A DNA stretch of 64,000 nucleotides from Marsupella aquatica (Eukaryota; Plantae; Marchantiophyta): assembly GCA_973895155.1 (NCBI GenBank), contig OZ316892.1, positions 15,120,861 through 15,184,860 on the forward strand, in the 5' to 3' direction. The notes under the pieces were generated by a model. The model was not told the DNA's origin. It did no database searches and saw only the letters and a program-made list of their open reading frames with translations. The translations under genes were made by a program, and so were the position numbers. Shown here one piece after another: positions 13,603-23,370 of this stretch. Position 1 is the first letter of the stretch, and the number at the start of each line of letters is the position of its first letter.

Positions 13603-15879
13603 AGTACAAAATTGCTAGCCCTGCCGTAGTCAGGCCAATGCAAACAGCAATCTCAACACTTGCCAACCGTGCTCTAATTCTCAGACCACAGTGCAAAGCC
13701 TTAATTCCAGTCTCTAGTTCTCCGTATTCAACAGCAAGTCTTAGAACCTTCAATTCCAGAAATCTTCAAGAAATGCTCAGCTCTATAACTGTAGGCTTGA
13801 CAAATGTCATATCATATACGCCTAAACCTAATCGCCGTCAAACCTGTCCTAACCCTTCCACAATCCACTTTCTCTATGAATCTCCACTCAGCAGTAAGTA
13901 AGATCCCAACACTGAAGATGATCCAGTTGCATATCGATCCACCTAGACCTTCGAAAACATACACGTGCGGCGTCGTTCGCTCCCAACAAGAGACAGCTAT
14001 ATCAGTCGAAACCAACGATTACCATCTCTTTCAATGCCTGTCAACTCAACCCAACTAATATTCGGTCCAAAGCTTCGGTCTGCCGAATCTAGGGTTCGCA
14101 AAATCCACTCCAGGCTCGCTCCACAGCTTCAACGCGACAATGAACCTGAAATCAACGAACACGGCATCACATTAACGGAATCCTTGCACAGATTTTCACA
14201 CAAGTCCTGCTCTCTACAGCCCTTGTTTCGCTTGCGCTGTGGACTTCGCTGTCTCCGGTAGATAGATACGATAGTTTTTTCCCAGCTCCACCACCCCTCC
14301 TCCTTTCGACAAGCTTACTTCCTCGCTTCTAAAAGCAAATACTGTTCGTCGTTCGTAATACACCCCCCAAATTAATACAGCGCGGAGAGGCGCACAGCAA
14401 CGAGGCACGGCAGGAGGAGGATCTAACGAAGAAGGGGTTACCTGTCCCTTTAACAGAAAGGCCTGGATGCTGGACAAAGCATATCAATTAATTCCACCGA
14501 AAAGGTTACAGAGGACAGCAAAACCAAGAGACAAGGTCCACAAACGTAAAGTTCCAACGTGGACACGGAAGAACGGCGGACATGGTTGTGCTCTGGTTGT
14601 GTAAGAAAGAGTAAGTTTTGTTCGCACACAGTTGATTGATGAATCTGCACTAGCATCAGTGACTAGCACCAGTGACGTAATAAGCACGTGAGCACTGTGG
14701 CAGATGTGTCAACGAGGTGAGCAGGAATGCGATCGAGAGGATGGCAGATGTGCCGAAGAGTCTAACAAGAGCTGATGAATCGAGGGCCAACCGAGAGTGC
14801 AACAACGAAAGACATGATTGTAAGATACAAAGGATGAAGTGCTGTTGTGACGCACTTTCACACTTCCCTCGGCATTAGCACTAAAGAAAAGGCGAAATAG
14901 AGCATTCCAAGGGGAATATTCCTGTGCTGTTCTGCACGACCACGCACGCTCTATCGCGAGAAAATAGGGGCTTCAAATTTAGAGGTTTTACTACATAGCC
15001 ATATATAGTCAGCTCATACTGGAACTTGGATACTTACCTGTAATTTGTCTTGGACCGAGTGGATCTTAATAAAAGTATTTATGTATAGAGCATAACTCAA
15101 TATTTGTGTTTTGCACAAAAGATCAAAAGATGTTGTTAAAAAAAAAAGTGTCACCAAAGATGTTCTGTGAAAGATGTAGTCAAGTAAAAAGACTTCTTTA
15201 TGTGAAAGATGTTGTCAGGTAAAAAGATGTCGCTATGTCAAAGATGTTGGCAAGTAAAAAGATGTTGTGTCGCTCGCCAAAGATGTACTTAAGTTGTTAA
15301 CTCAAAAGATCTTGTTAAGTACAAAATGGGTTGATAAGTAAATGGATGTCATTAGTGGAAGATGTTGTGAACTCCCGTGTGAACTAAGCAATGTTATGTA
15401 AAAAAAATTGTTAGTAAACAATGTTAGGTTAAGTAAAGATTTATGTAAACTACTCTATGTAGTTTGTTGTGTAAATGGTGATGTTGTTGTGCAAAACATG
15501 TTGCCAACAAAATATGACATATTTGTGCCAAGGAAGATACAATATTTATTAACTATATCTTGGCTGACACTTGGGGACAAGGCATTTTTTTCTTAACTAT
15601 ATATTGGCTGACACTATATCTTTTTTCTTAATGACACCTTGGACAACACAGCATATTTTTTCTTAAAAACATCTTGGGCAACATGACATTTGTTCTTAAG
15701 GACATCTTGGGTGCCGCTACATCATATAGCCGGCTCATCCTGGAACAAAAAATGTTAATTTGTCCTATGCAGGAGATTAAAAAGTTGGGGCAGAGTGAAA
15801 GGGATAAAAAAGTTTCCTATGCCACGGGCAAGGGGATGGGTATCCAAGGGGAGGAGTATCCAATGCAGTGGGGGCAACG

Positions 15880-16135
15880 GGAAGGGCTCGCTGGCGCAGG
15901 GCGCAGGGCAATTCAGTCTTCGAGAAGGGGCTGGCGCGCCAGGGCGAAGGGCGAAAGGCAGGGCGCAGGGATGGGCTGGCGCGCCAGGGCGAAGGGCGAA
16001 AGGCAGGGCGCAGGGATGGGCTGGCCCAGGGCGAAGGGCGAAAGGCAGGGCGCAGGGATGGGCTGGCGCAGGGCAAAGGGCTGGCGAAGGGCGAGGGCTG
16101 GCGAAGGGCGAAGGGCTGGGGAACGCAGGGCAAGG
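15880..16135. repeat. G-rich tandem repeat (GGGCGAAGGGCGAAAGGCAGGGCGCAGGGATGGGCTGGC)n
   Basis: Three near-perfect ~42-45 bp copies plus partial copies. This repeat explains several spurious ORFs. Confidence 0.9.
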
Positions 16136-16264
16136 CTCACATTGTGCAACGATAACTCTCGATGTCTGATGGCGGCTGCGGCGGGTGTTGAGGCTGGACT
16201 CAAGCTGCTGTGGCATGGACTCGAGCTTTCATGGCTGGTGGCTGCTGGACTCGAGCTGCTGTGG

Positions 16265-16862
16265 CTGGTTGGAGATGGACTCGAGCTGGGCTTGGAAGCT
16301 TGCTGGACTCGATCGATGACTTCATGCTGTTGCAGCCACTCTTGATGCTGCTCGTCTGATTCGCGATCGTTGCTGCTGATATCAATGTCACTGATCGATT
16401 GTTGCTGTCATTGAGCTACTGATGTTGCTGCTGCTGCTATCGATCGCTGTTGATGCTCTCGTCACTGCTGACATTGAGCTAATGATGCTACTGATCGATT
16501 GCTGATGCTGCTGATCGATTGAGGCTGGACTCGATGTCTGATGTCTGCTCGCTCATTGCTGCTCGCTGGTTGGAGATGGACTCGAGCTGGGCTTGGGAGC
16601 TTGCTGGACTCGATCGATGACTTCATGCTACTGCAGCCACTCTTGATGCTGCTCGTCTGATTCGCGATCGTTGCTGCTGATATCAATGTCATTGATCGAT
16701 TGCTGCTGTCATTGAGCTACTGATGCTACTGCTGCTATCGATCGTTGTTGATGCTCTCGTCACTGCTAACATTGAGCTAATGATGTTGCTGATCGATTGC
16801 TGATGCTGCTGATCGATTGAGGCTGGACTCGATGTCTGATGTCTGCTCGCTCACTGCTGCTC
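16265..16862. repeat. Tandem duplication with ~301 bp period
   Basis: GCTGGTTGGAGATGGACTCGAGCTGGGCTTGG...GATGTCTGCTCGCTCA occurs twice, producing duplicated ORFs that start MTLISAATIANQ. Confidence 0.9.
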
Positions 16863-17964
16863 GCTCTCTCTCTCTCACTGTTGCTCGCTCTCTCTCACTC
16901 ACTGCTGCTCAGTCTCTCTCGCTCACTGGAGTCGTTTATTGCTGGAGTCATTTATCGCAGAGTAGTGTAGTGGTTCGCGCCGATGCTAGAGCAGTGAGCG
17001 AGCAAGCAGCAATGTTCTTCTCCTTCAATTCTCCCAAGCAGCAATAGCTGCGAGCTGAGAGCAGCTCTACAGTCTACAAACACAGTCCACAATGGACAGT
17101 CCCCTCTCGCGATGCTACCTTGCCTAACTAGCAAAAAGAAGTTTAGCTCAAGCTCGGACCCAGCAAGAGAAATGCCCATTGCGGCTCTCTCGTCCGTTGG
17201 CTTCGTGCAGCTCTAGGGAGCGCTTCATATGTGTTTACGGAGAGACAGACGCACGGTTCACAGGCAGAGGCATTTGAAAATGAAGAGAGACACGGGAAGG
17301 AGGTTAAGACAAGTTGAGCGAGCTCGTTTGGCTCACGTGAGCGAAGTGTAGAGCGAAGTCGTGTTATTGATGTTCCGCTTTTCATGACGAAGCCTGGTGA
17401 TAGTGGAAGGAGGAGATGGCGACGGCCTAGTAGTCCCCTGTGCTCCTCTTCTCTCTCATCTAGCAAGAGGGATTTAGATTTGTTTTCATTTACTCAGGAG
17501 TCCTCCATCATCCGTTGTGAATCTCTGTAAGGTGAAGGACCTTTCCATTTGGGCCAAGGTTCCATAGTTGGTTAGTAGTTTGGCAGGAGTTGATAACTGA
17601 GCTGCGTTCATTTTTAACCCCCTTGCAGCTCTCGTTTCACTTGGTGACTGAGACTGAGCAATCGCTGTCTAATGGTTCATTGTGATAAGTCTTTCCATGT
17701 ATCTTGGAGGCCTCCAAGTATTTTGGAGTTTGAAAAATGTATTTGGAGTTTGAAAAATGAACGTTGTGTAATCTGTTTTCCAGACCAAATGTTTTGGGCC
17801 GGTGACCTTAGCATTTAGTTTGGGGGTAGACTACACTTGTTTCACTGCTACTTAAGCAGAGCCCTTGCCTTAGTTTATTCACTTCTTCAGTGAGTTTGCT
17901 CTTGCCTCTCAATGCTCCGCTCTATCACTGATTCCCATTGTTCTCAAGTCTCAGTGCTCAGCTC

Positions 17965-18655
17965 CTTCAGTGCGTTTTCGTTCAGTGCTCCAAGGAGGTT
18001 TGGTTCAGTGTTGGTTTTCATTCAGTGCTCCAATGGGGTTTCGTGCAGTGTTGTGCTCTAGTGGGGTTTTGTTCAGTGTTGTGCTCCAGTGAGGTTTCGT
18101 TCAGTGTTGTGCTCCGGAAGGGTGTCGTTCAGTGCTGTGCTCCAGAAGGGTGTCATTCAGTGTTGTATTCTCAGTGCACTTGTTCAGTGTTGTGCTCTGG
18201 AAGGGTGTCGTTCAGTGTTGTGTTCTTGGTGCACTCATTCAGTGTTGTGCTCCAGAAGGGTTTCATTCAGTGCTGTTCTCGGTGAGCTCGTTCAATGTTG
18301 TGCTCCCGGTGCGCTCGTTCAGTGTTGTGCTCCCGGTGCGCTCGTTCAGTGCTGTGCTCCCGTTCAGTGTTGTGTTCTTGGTGTGATCATTCAGTGTTGT
18401 GCTCTAGGTGGGCTTGTTCAGTTCTGTGCTCTAGGGGCGCTCGTTCAGTGCTGTACTCTTGTGGGCTATCCTAGTGCTTGGCCCTCAACTCTTAGTGAGT
18501 GTTTGCTTATCATTCTAACAAGTGCTATGCTAACAAGTGTTTTGTTTTGTTGTGATCTTGTGCTAACCTGTGTTGTGCTAACCAGTGCTTGTGCTAACCA
18601 GTGCTCTGTTTTGCTGTGATCTTGTGCTTACCAGTGTGTTGCTAACCAGTGTTTT
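17965..18655. repeat. Minisatellite arrays upstream of the Replitron ORFs
   Basis: About 20 copies of TTCAGTG(T/C)TGTGCTC with ~27 bp period, followed by about 7 copies of GTGCTAACCAGTG-like units. Confidence 0.9.
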
Positions 18656-18693
18656 GTTCATTGTGACCAAGTTTGGCACAGTTTACAGCTCTA

Positions 18694-19053
18694 ATGTCCT
18701 TTGTCGAGTCACAGCTCCCAGAGGACGACTCTGATATTTTGCCTTACACAACATTGGATGTTGGTAATTTTATTTTAGAGAACATTGAGGCAACAACCTC
18801 TCATTGTGTTAGGGACGTCCAATTCTGCTGGGTAGTTTGTCGCCAAGGAGAAGAGAAACTTCTGGCAGGTCCATTTAAGATACTAGAACGTACAGAGCAG
18901 ACAGGGAAGGACGAAGTTATTGTTGAGTCCAAGGGGAAAGTGTATTTTATTGTGAAAGCTGACGATATTTATCCTGTGTTTTTGTTTGAGTATCGTGACT
19001 GTATTTGTGCATCTTCTCGTGAACTGTGTGCCCATCTTACATGGCTTCTTTGA
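18694..19053 (+). CDS. 119-aa ORF with C-terminal SWIM-like zinc finger (Replitron ORF1)
   Basis: ATG follows the splice acceptor TTACAG. The ORF ends ...YFIVKADDIYPVFLFEYRDCICASSRELCAHLTWLL*, a CxCx6CxH pattern. It overlaps the transposase start by 13 nt. Confidence 0.55.
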   Translation: MSFVESQLPEDDSDILPYTTLDVGNFILENIEATTSHCVRDVQFCWVVCRQGEEKLLAGPFKILERTEQTGKDEVIVESKGKVYFIVKADDIYPVFLFEYRDCICASSRELCAHLTWLL

Positions 19054-20357
19054 AGCGTAAAGCTCGTGTTGTGCAAGAGAAGGATGTCTCTTTGATGGAC
19101 AGTGTCATGGAACTGAGCATTACAATAGGGTACCTTGGTGCAGATGTTCATGCTGGAGAACTGAACCTTATGAATGGATTGATAAGAGACCATTGTATAT
19201 CTGGTCTTGTAGCATTAGAGAGAGGAGAACTAGAAAGTCATTTGCATATGCAAATGGTTGTGAGGGCCAGAACAAAGTCTACTAGATCATTTGGTGTGCT
19301 TGTACAAAAATATATGGGTTGGCAGGGGATGAAGAATATGAATCCTGTAGGGAAGGTGATTTGTACAAATCTTACCAATAGGCAGTTACACACTTTTAAA
19401 GGAATAATTGGTTACTATTTGAAAGATATGGGCATGGCTCATTTTCAGCATGCAATGTTTAATATCTCTGATGAAGATGTGATTGCAGGGAAACAGCTTC
19501 ATTCAATCTATGGACGTGCAAATTTAAAATCTAGAGTGACATTGACTAACAAGAATGTTGCAGAGAGAATGTATGTATAGTACAAATATAAAACTGAGAG
19601 ACCTTTGCATGCTACTTTTGTTTCTACATTGACTGAAATGGTAAAATCTGGTATTTTTATACCTGCTTCTAGTTGGATAATACCATTGAATGGACAGGGC
19701 ATGGAAAAATCACGAATGACATGTCTCTGGAAATGTATTGTTGATCCTTGTAATGTAACTAAATGTGAGATTGAAGAAGTTTTTGTCAAGAAACCTAGGA
19801 CTGGCAGTTGGGGAAGATATCATAGTGATTCTGAACTTGGAGAGGATCCAAAATTGACCCCTAGGAGTACAGAGACAGAGCTCTCTCCCCAAAGGAGCTC
19901 TTTGAAGAAGTTGAAAGTGAAGACAGAATGTGATAGAAGGGTTTGTTTTGATGACATTTTCACAGAGTCTATCATTCCTGACAGGGGAGTTACATATGGT
20001 GATCCCCTTGGTGAGTATATGCCTTTGAAAGATAGACAAAGGATTCCAAAGCATGATTATCTTGAAACTATTAATTTGTTGGAGGAGAAGAATGTTGCAG
20101 GAATGAGAAAGGGGAAAGAGAAGATGGAAGATGTGGAGATGAAAGATGTGGCAGAGGTGGTATTGTTATCCTCTGATGACGAGGAAGTAATTCCTGCCCC
20201 TGTTTTTGAGGACAGGGGCCAGTCCAGTGAGAGGAAAAAAGGAAAAATGACCTTATTAAGAAAATCACTTTTCGGAATGAAGACTGAGCCCAGATCTCCT
20301 AGGACACATTGCAAGGGAGATGGGTTTGCTATGGAGCCCTTTCAAAATAATTGGTAA
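19041..20357 (+). pseudogene. Replitron HUH (Y1) transposase with one in-frame nonsense codon
   Basis: Motifs LSITIG, ALERGELESHLHMQMVV (HUH) and LHTFKGIIGYYLKD (catalytic Tyr region), then C-terminal KYK..PL...F...L.EMVKSG.FIP.SSWI. No helicase domain. ORFs 19026-19580 and 19605-20357 share a frame and are split only by TAG at 19578-19580. Confidence 0.88.
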
Positions 20358-21027
20358 GCTTTTTCAATTCTCATTCAAGTTTCATTTGTGTGCTTGGAGT
20401 GGATGTGAGCATTGGGATGGGGGATTGGGTGTAGTGATAGTGGGTAGGTTAGGGGGGTTCTCTGCTTGGAAGGCTGCACCTGCAGTTTGGGGTTCAATTC
20501 CCCATCAGAGATTTGTTCATTACACTAAAATAGTAGAATATCATATTGGTAGATTATTGATATAGGGTCCATTTTTTCTCACGTTGGAGAAGACACTAGC
20601 TATTTCCCAATGTTTGAGAATACACTCAGCTACTTTCATTTCCATATTGGTGATTATTGATATAGGGTCCATTTTTTTATCACGTTGGAGAAGACACTCC
20701 TTGAGAAGACACTTGCTATTTTCATTTCCCAATTTTCAAGAATACACTCGGCTACTTTCATTTCCCAAGGAAACAGGGTGATATCCAAAATGATTTTAAG
20801 GGGGTGCCATGGAACACTCATTTTCCTTAAAGGGGTAGTTTTAAAATTGGCAGCCTTGGTTTTATTAAAAATTATAAGGGCCTAAAATAATTCAAAGAAC
20901 ACTTCCATTTGATACTGTTAAGTACATTAACAATTACATTAATGCAAAAAAAAATTACAATCAAAAACATGAAACGACGCTTCACCATATAGCAGCATCA
21001 AAAAAATCTATACGGGGGTTAGTATAT

Positions 21028-21210
21028 GATAAGTAAATGGATGTCATTAGTGGAAGATGTTGTGAACTCCCATGTGAACTAAGCAATGTTACGTACAAAA
21101 TTTTGTTAGTAAACAATGTTAGGTTAAGTAAAGATTTACGTAAACTACTGTATGTACTTTGTTGTGTAAATGGTGATGTTGTTGTGCAAAACATGTTGCC
21201 GCTACATCAT
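21028..21210. repeat. Direct-repeat copy of 15333-15725 with an internal deletion
   Basis: GATAAGTAAATGGATGTCATTAGTGGAAGATGTTGTGAACTCC...AAAACATGTTGCC is nearly identical in both places. This copy then jumps via TGCC microhomology to GCTACATCAT. Confidence 0.9.
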
Positions 21211-23026
21211 TTTCTTAACGATATCTTGGGTTTTCTTCACAACATCTTGGGCAGCACATTTTATTTTTTCTTAACGATATCTTGAGCAACACCACATCCT
21301 TCTTGAAAACATCTTGGGCAACATGGCATATTTGTTCTTAAGTACATCTTGGGTGCCACTACATCATTTTCTTAACGATATCTTGGGTTTTCTTCACAAC
21401 ATCTTGGGCAACACAACATTTTTTTCCTTAACGATATCTTGAGCAACACCACATCCTTTTATTTTTTTTAATGGCATCTTGGTCGACATAACATCTTGGG
21501 TGACACAACATCTTGGGTGACACAACAACTTAGGCAATACGACATCCTTTTCTTAACGACATTTTTTTTCTTAGAAATATCTTGGGTAACACAACATCTT
21601 TTTTCTTCATGACATCTTTGTGCAATGCACGGGTATTGAGCTAGTTTAACATTAACTACTATAATACAAGGTTGCACCCTTTTATACCAAGGTTGTCCAA
21701 AAAAAGATTCCAGCAAAAGAGGAAGGAATAAATTAAAGATAATAAGGTTTAGTGTGAATGACAGGGGAACAAACACTCTTCAAAAAGTAAACACTCAAAT
21801 GAGACAACGTAAAAAGAGAAATGATTAGTAAATAAGCCCATGCAAGCACAAGGATCAATGATGATACCTCTACTTTCCATCAATGCATAAGTGAGAACAA
21901 GATGTTATTTTCAATACAAGTCAAAAATGTACTATTTATCTCCCGGGTTTTTTGTGATAATTATCAAAAACTATAACACAATATGGCACCAATTTATACC
22001 ATGGTCTTCTTTCAAAATTGCCGGGCCATTTTGGGTGAGAAAAATCAAAACCGGAAAAAATTGAACTAATAAGACGAAAAAACTCAAGTGGAAACTCAAG
22101 CCGTCACTTGGATTGCAGTGCTGCAATGTCAGCACCAAGCTGCTGCAAGTCTCGATTCCCCCCGGGCACTGCCTAGCTTGCGGCCGCCGATGCTGGCTGG
22201 CTTGGGGCAGGGCTGGCTGGCTTCACTCTCTGCCTCCCAGACCCCCTTTTGCCTCCCCACCTCGCGGCCCCTCCTCCCGACTTCCTCCTGCCCCTCCCGC
22301 CTCCCCACCCTACTCTCCCTGGCCTCTCACCCTCTTGCCTCTCTAACCTTGCTCTCCCCTTTTGCCCTGACTCTCCCTCTCTCCCCTCTTGCCCTGACTC
22401 TCCCTCCTCACGCTCCCCCACTCAACCCTAAAACCCTATCTCGACGACCCACCCGACCCGCCCTCGCCCTTGCCTGGACTTGGTCTTGCCCTAGCTTGGA
22501 CTCGGTCTTGTGTTTTGGACTTGTAGTCACGCCTAGACCGAGGACTGGGTTCCTACTGGGTTTTTTTGTCCTTGCGCATGGAGGCCTGACAAAACGCAAC
22601 AATCCTCTGCCCTAACTCATCTCCAAAATTATTGGAGTTTTTTTAGTTAACAACATACTTTACTTGACAAAATCTTTTTACTTCACGACATCTTTCACAT
22701 ATTGACATCTTGGGCAACACGACATCTTTTGTGCAACGCATGGGTATTGAGCTATTTGTACTTAACAACATTGTTATACTTAACAAAACCTTTGGCATAA
22801 CGCATTACGACATCATTGGCAAGACGACCTCTATTTCTTCCACAACCTCTTGGCCGAGATGACATCTTTCTTCTCAACAACCTCTTAGCCGACACGACAT
22901 CTTTTGTTCTCAATGACTTCTTGGCTGACACATCATCTCTCTTCTCAACAACCTCTTGGCCGACACAACATCTTTTCTTCTCAACGACATCTTTTGTGCA
23001 AGGCACAAGTATTGAGATATATATCA

Positions 23027-23370
23027 TGTTAGATATTGCTCCAATCTTGTGACTCATGAGCTAACTACAGTTAGGCTAACTCGGGTTAGGACTTAGCTAA
23101 TGTTAGCGGTAGTGCTGTTGTGTATATAGCCAGGGCTGATGCCAGACCTTGGTGGAACTTAGGCTCATTGTTACGGAGCTAGTTGAGAGATAGGGAGAGC
23201 TTGTGCTGTGGATGCTTGGTATGGCCGGTCGGCCTAGAGTGCAATAAAGCTCTTGTGTGTTCCCGTGGACGTAGCCTCATGTGGAGGTGAATCACGTATC
23301 TCTCTATGTTGACTATTGTGCGTTGGATGGTTCATGGGCTTGCAATTGCAAATGTTGTCTATGCTCAACA
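23027..23370 (+). mobile_element. Solo LTR (Copia-like)
   Basis: TGTTAG...CTCAACA termini, flanks TATCA/TATTA (5-bp TSD with one mismatch), TATA-like GTATATAG, AATAAA, and a CCCGTGGACGTAGCC...GGTGAATCACGTA motif. Confidence 0.75.

Larger units (their letters stand above)
15723..20993 (+). mobile_element. Replitron-type HUH-endonuclease transposon; boundaries tentative
   Basis: Contains the HUH/Y1 transposase ORF. It interrupts the Helitron-like repeat right after GCCGCTACATCAT. The 8-bp direct repeat CATATAGC occurs at 15723-15730 and 20986-20993. Confidence 0.7.
15092..23020. mobile_element. Cluster of non-autonomous Helitron-like sequence with GACATCTT/AAGATGT subterminal repeats
   Basis: Hairpin plus CTAG|T 3' end at 21620-21645 (GTGCAATGCACGGGTATTGAGCTAGT). 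Degenerate copies at 22731-22755 and 22996-23020, and an inverted copy at 15092-15116. ACTACTATAATACAAGG, resembling a Helitron 5' end, lies at ~21655. Confidence 0.6.

Noticed and set aside
15030-15040. ATACTTACCTG, identical to the U1 snRNA 5' end
   Set aside because: The downstream sequence does not continue as U1. It is simply the reverse complement of a consensus splice donor.
15674-16692. Many overlapping ORFs (up to 223 aa)
   Set aside because: These arise from GC-rich tandem repeats lacking stop codons. No recognisable domain.
17965-18470. CRISPR-like repeat/spacer appearance
   Set aside because: Eukaryotic context, linkers are only ~12 nt and related to each other, and no cas genes are present. 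It is a minisatellite.
18089-18619. Cys-rich ORF (VQCCAP repeats) resembling metallothionein or keratin-associated proteins
   Set aside because: It is a translation of the 27-bp minisatellite and has a non-ATG start.
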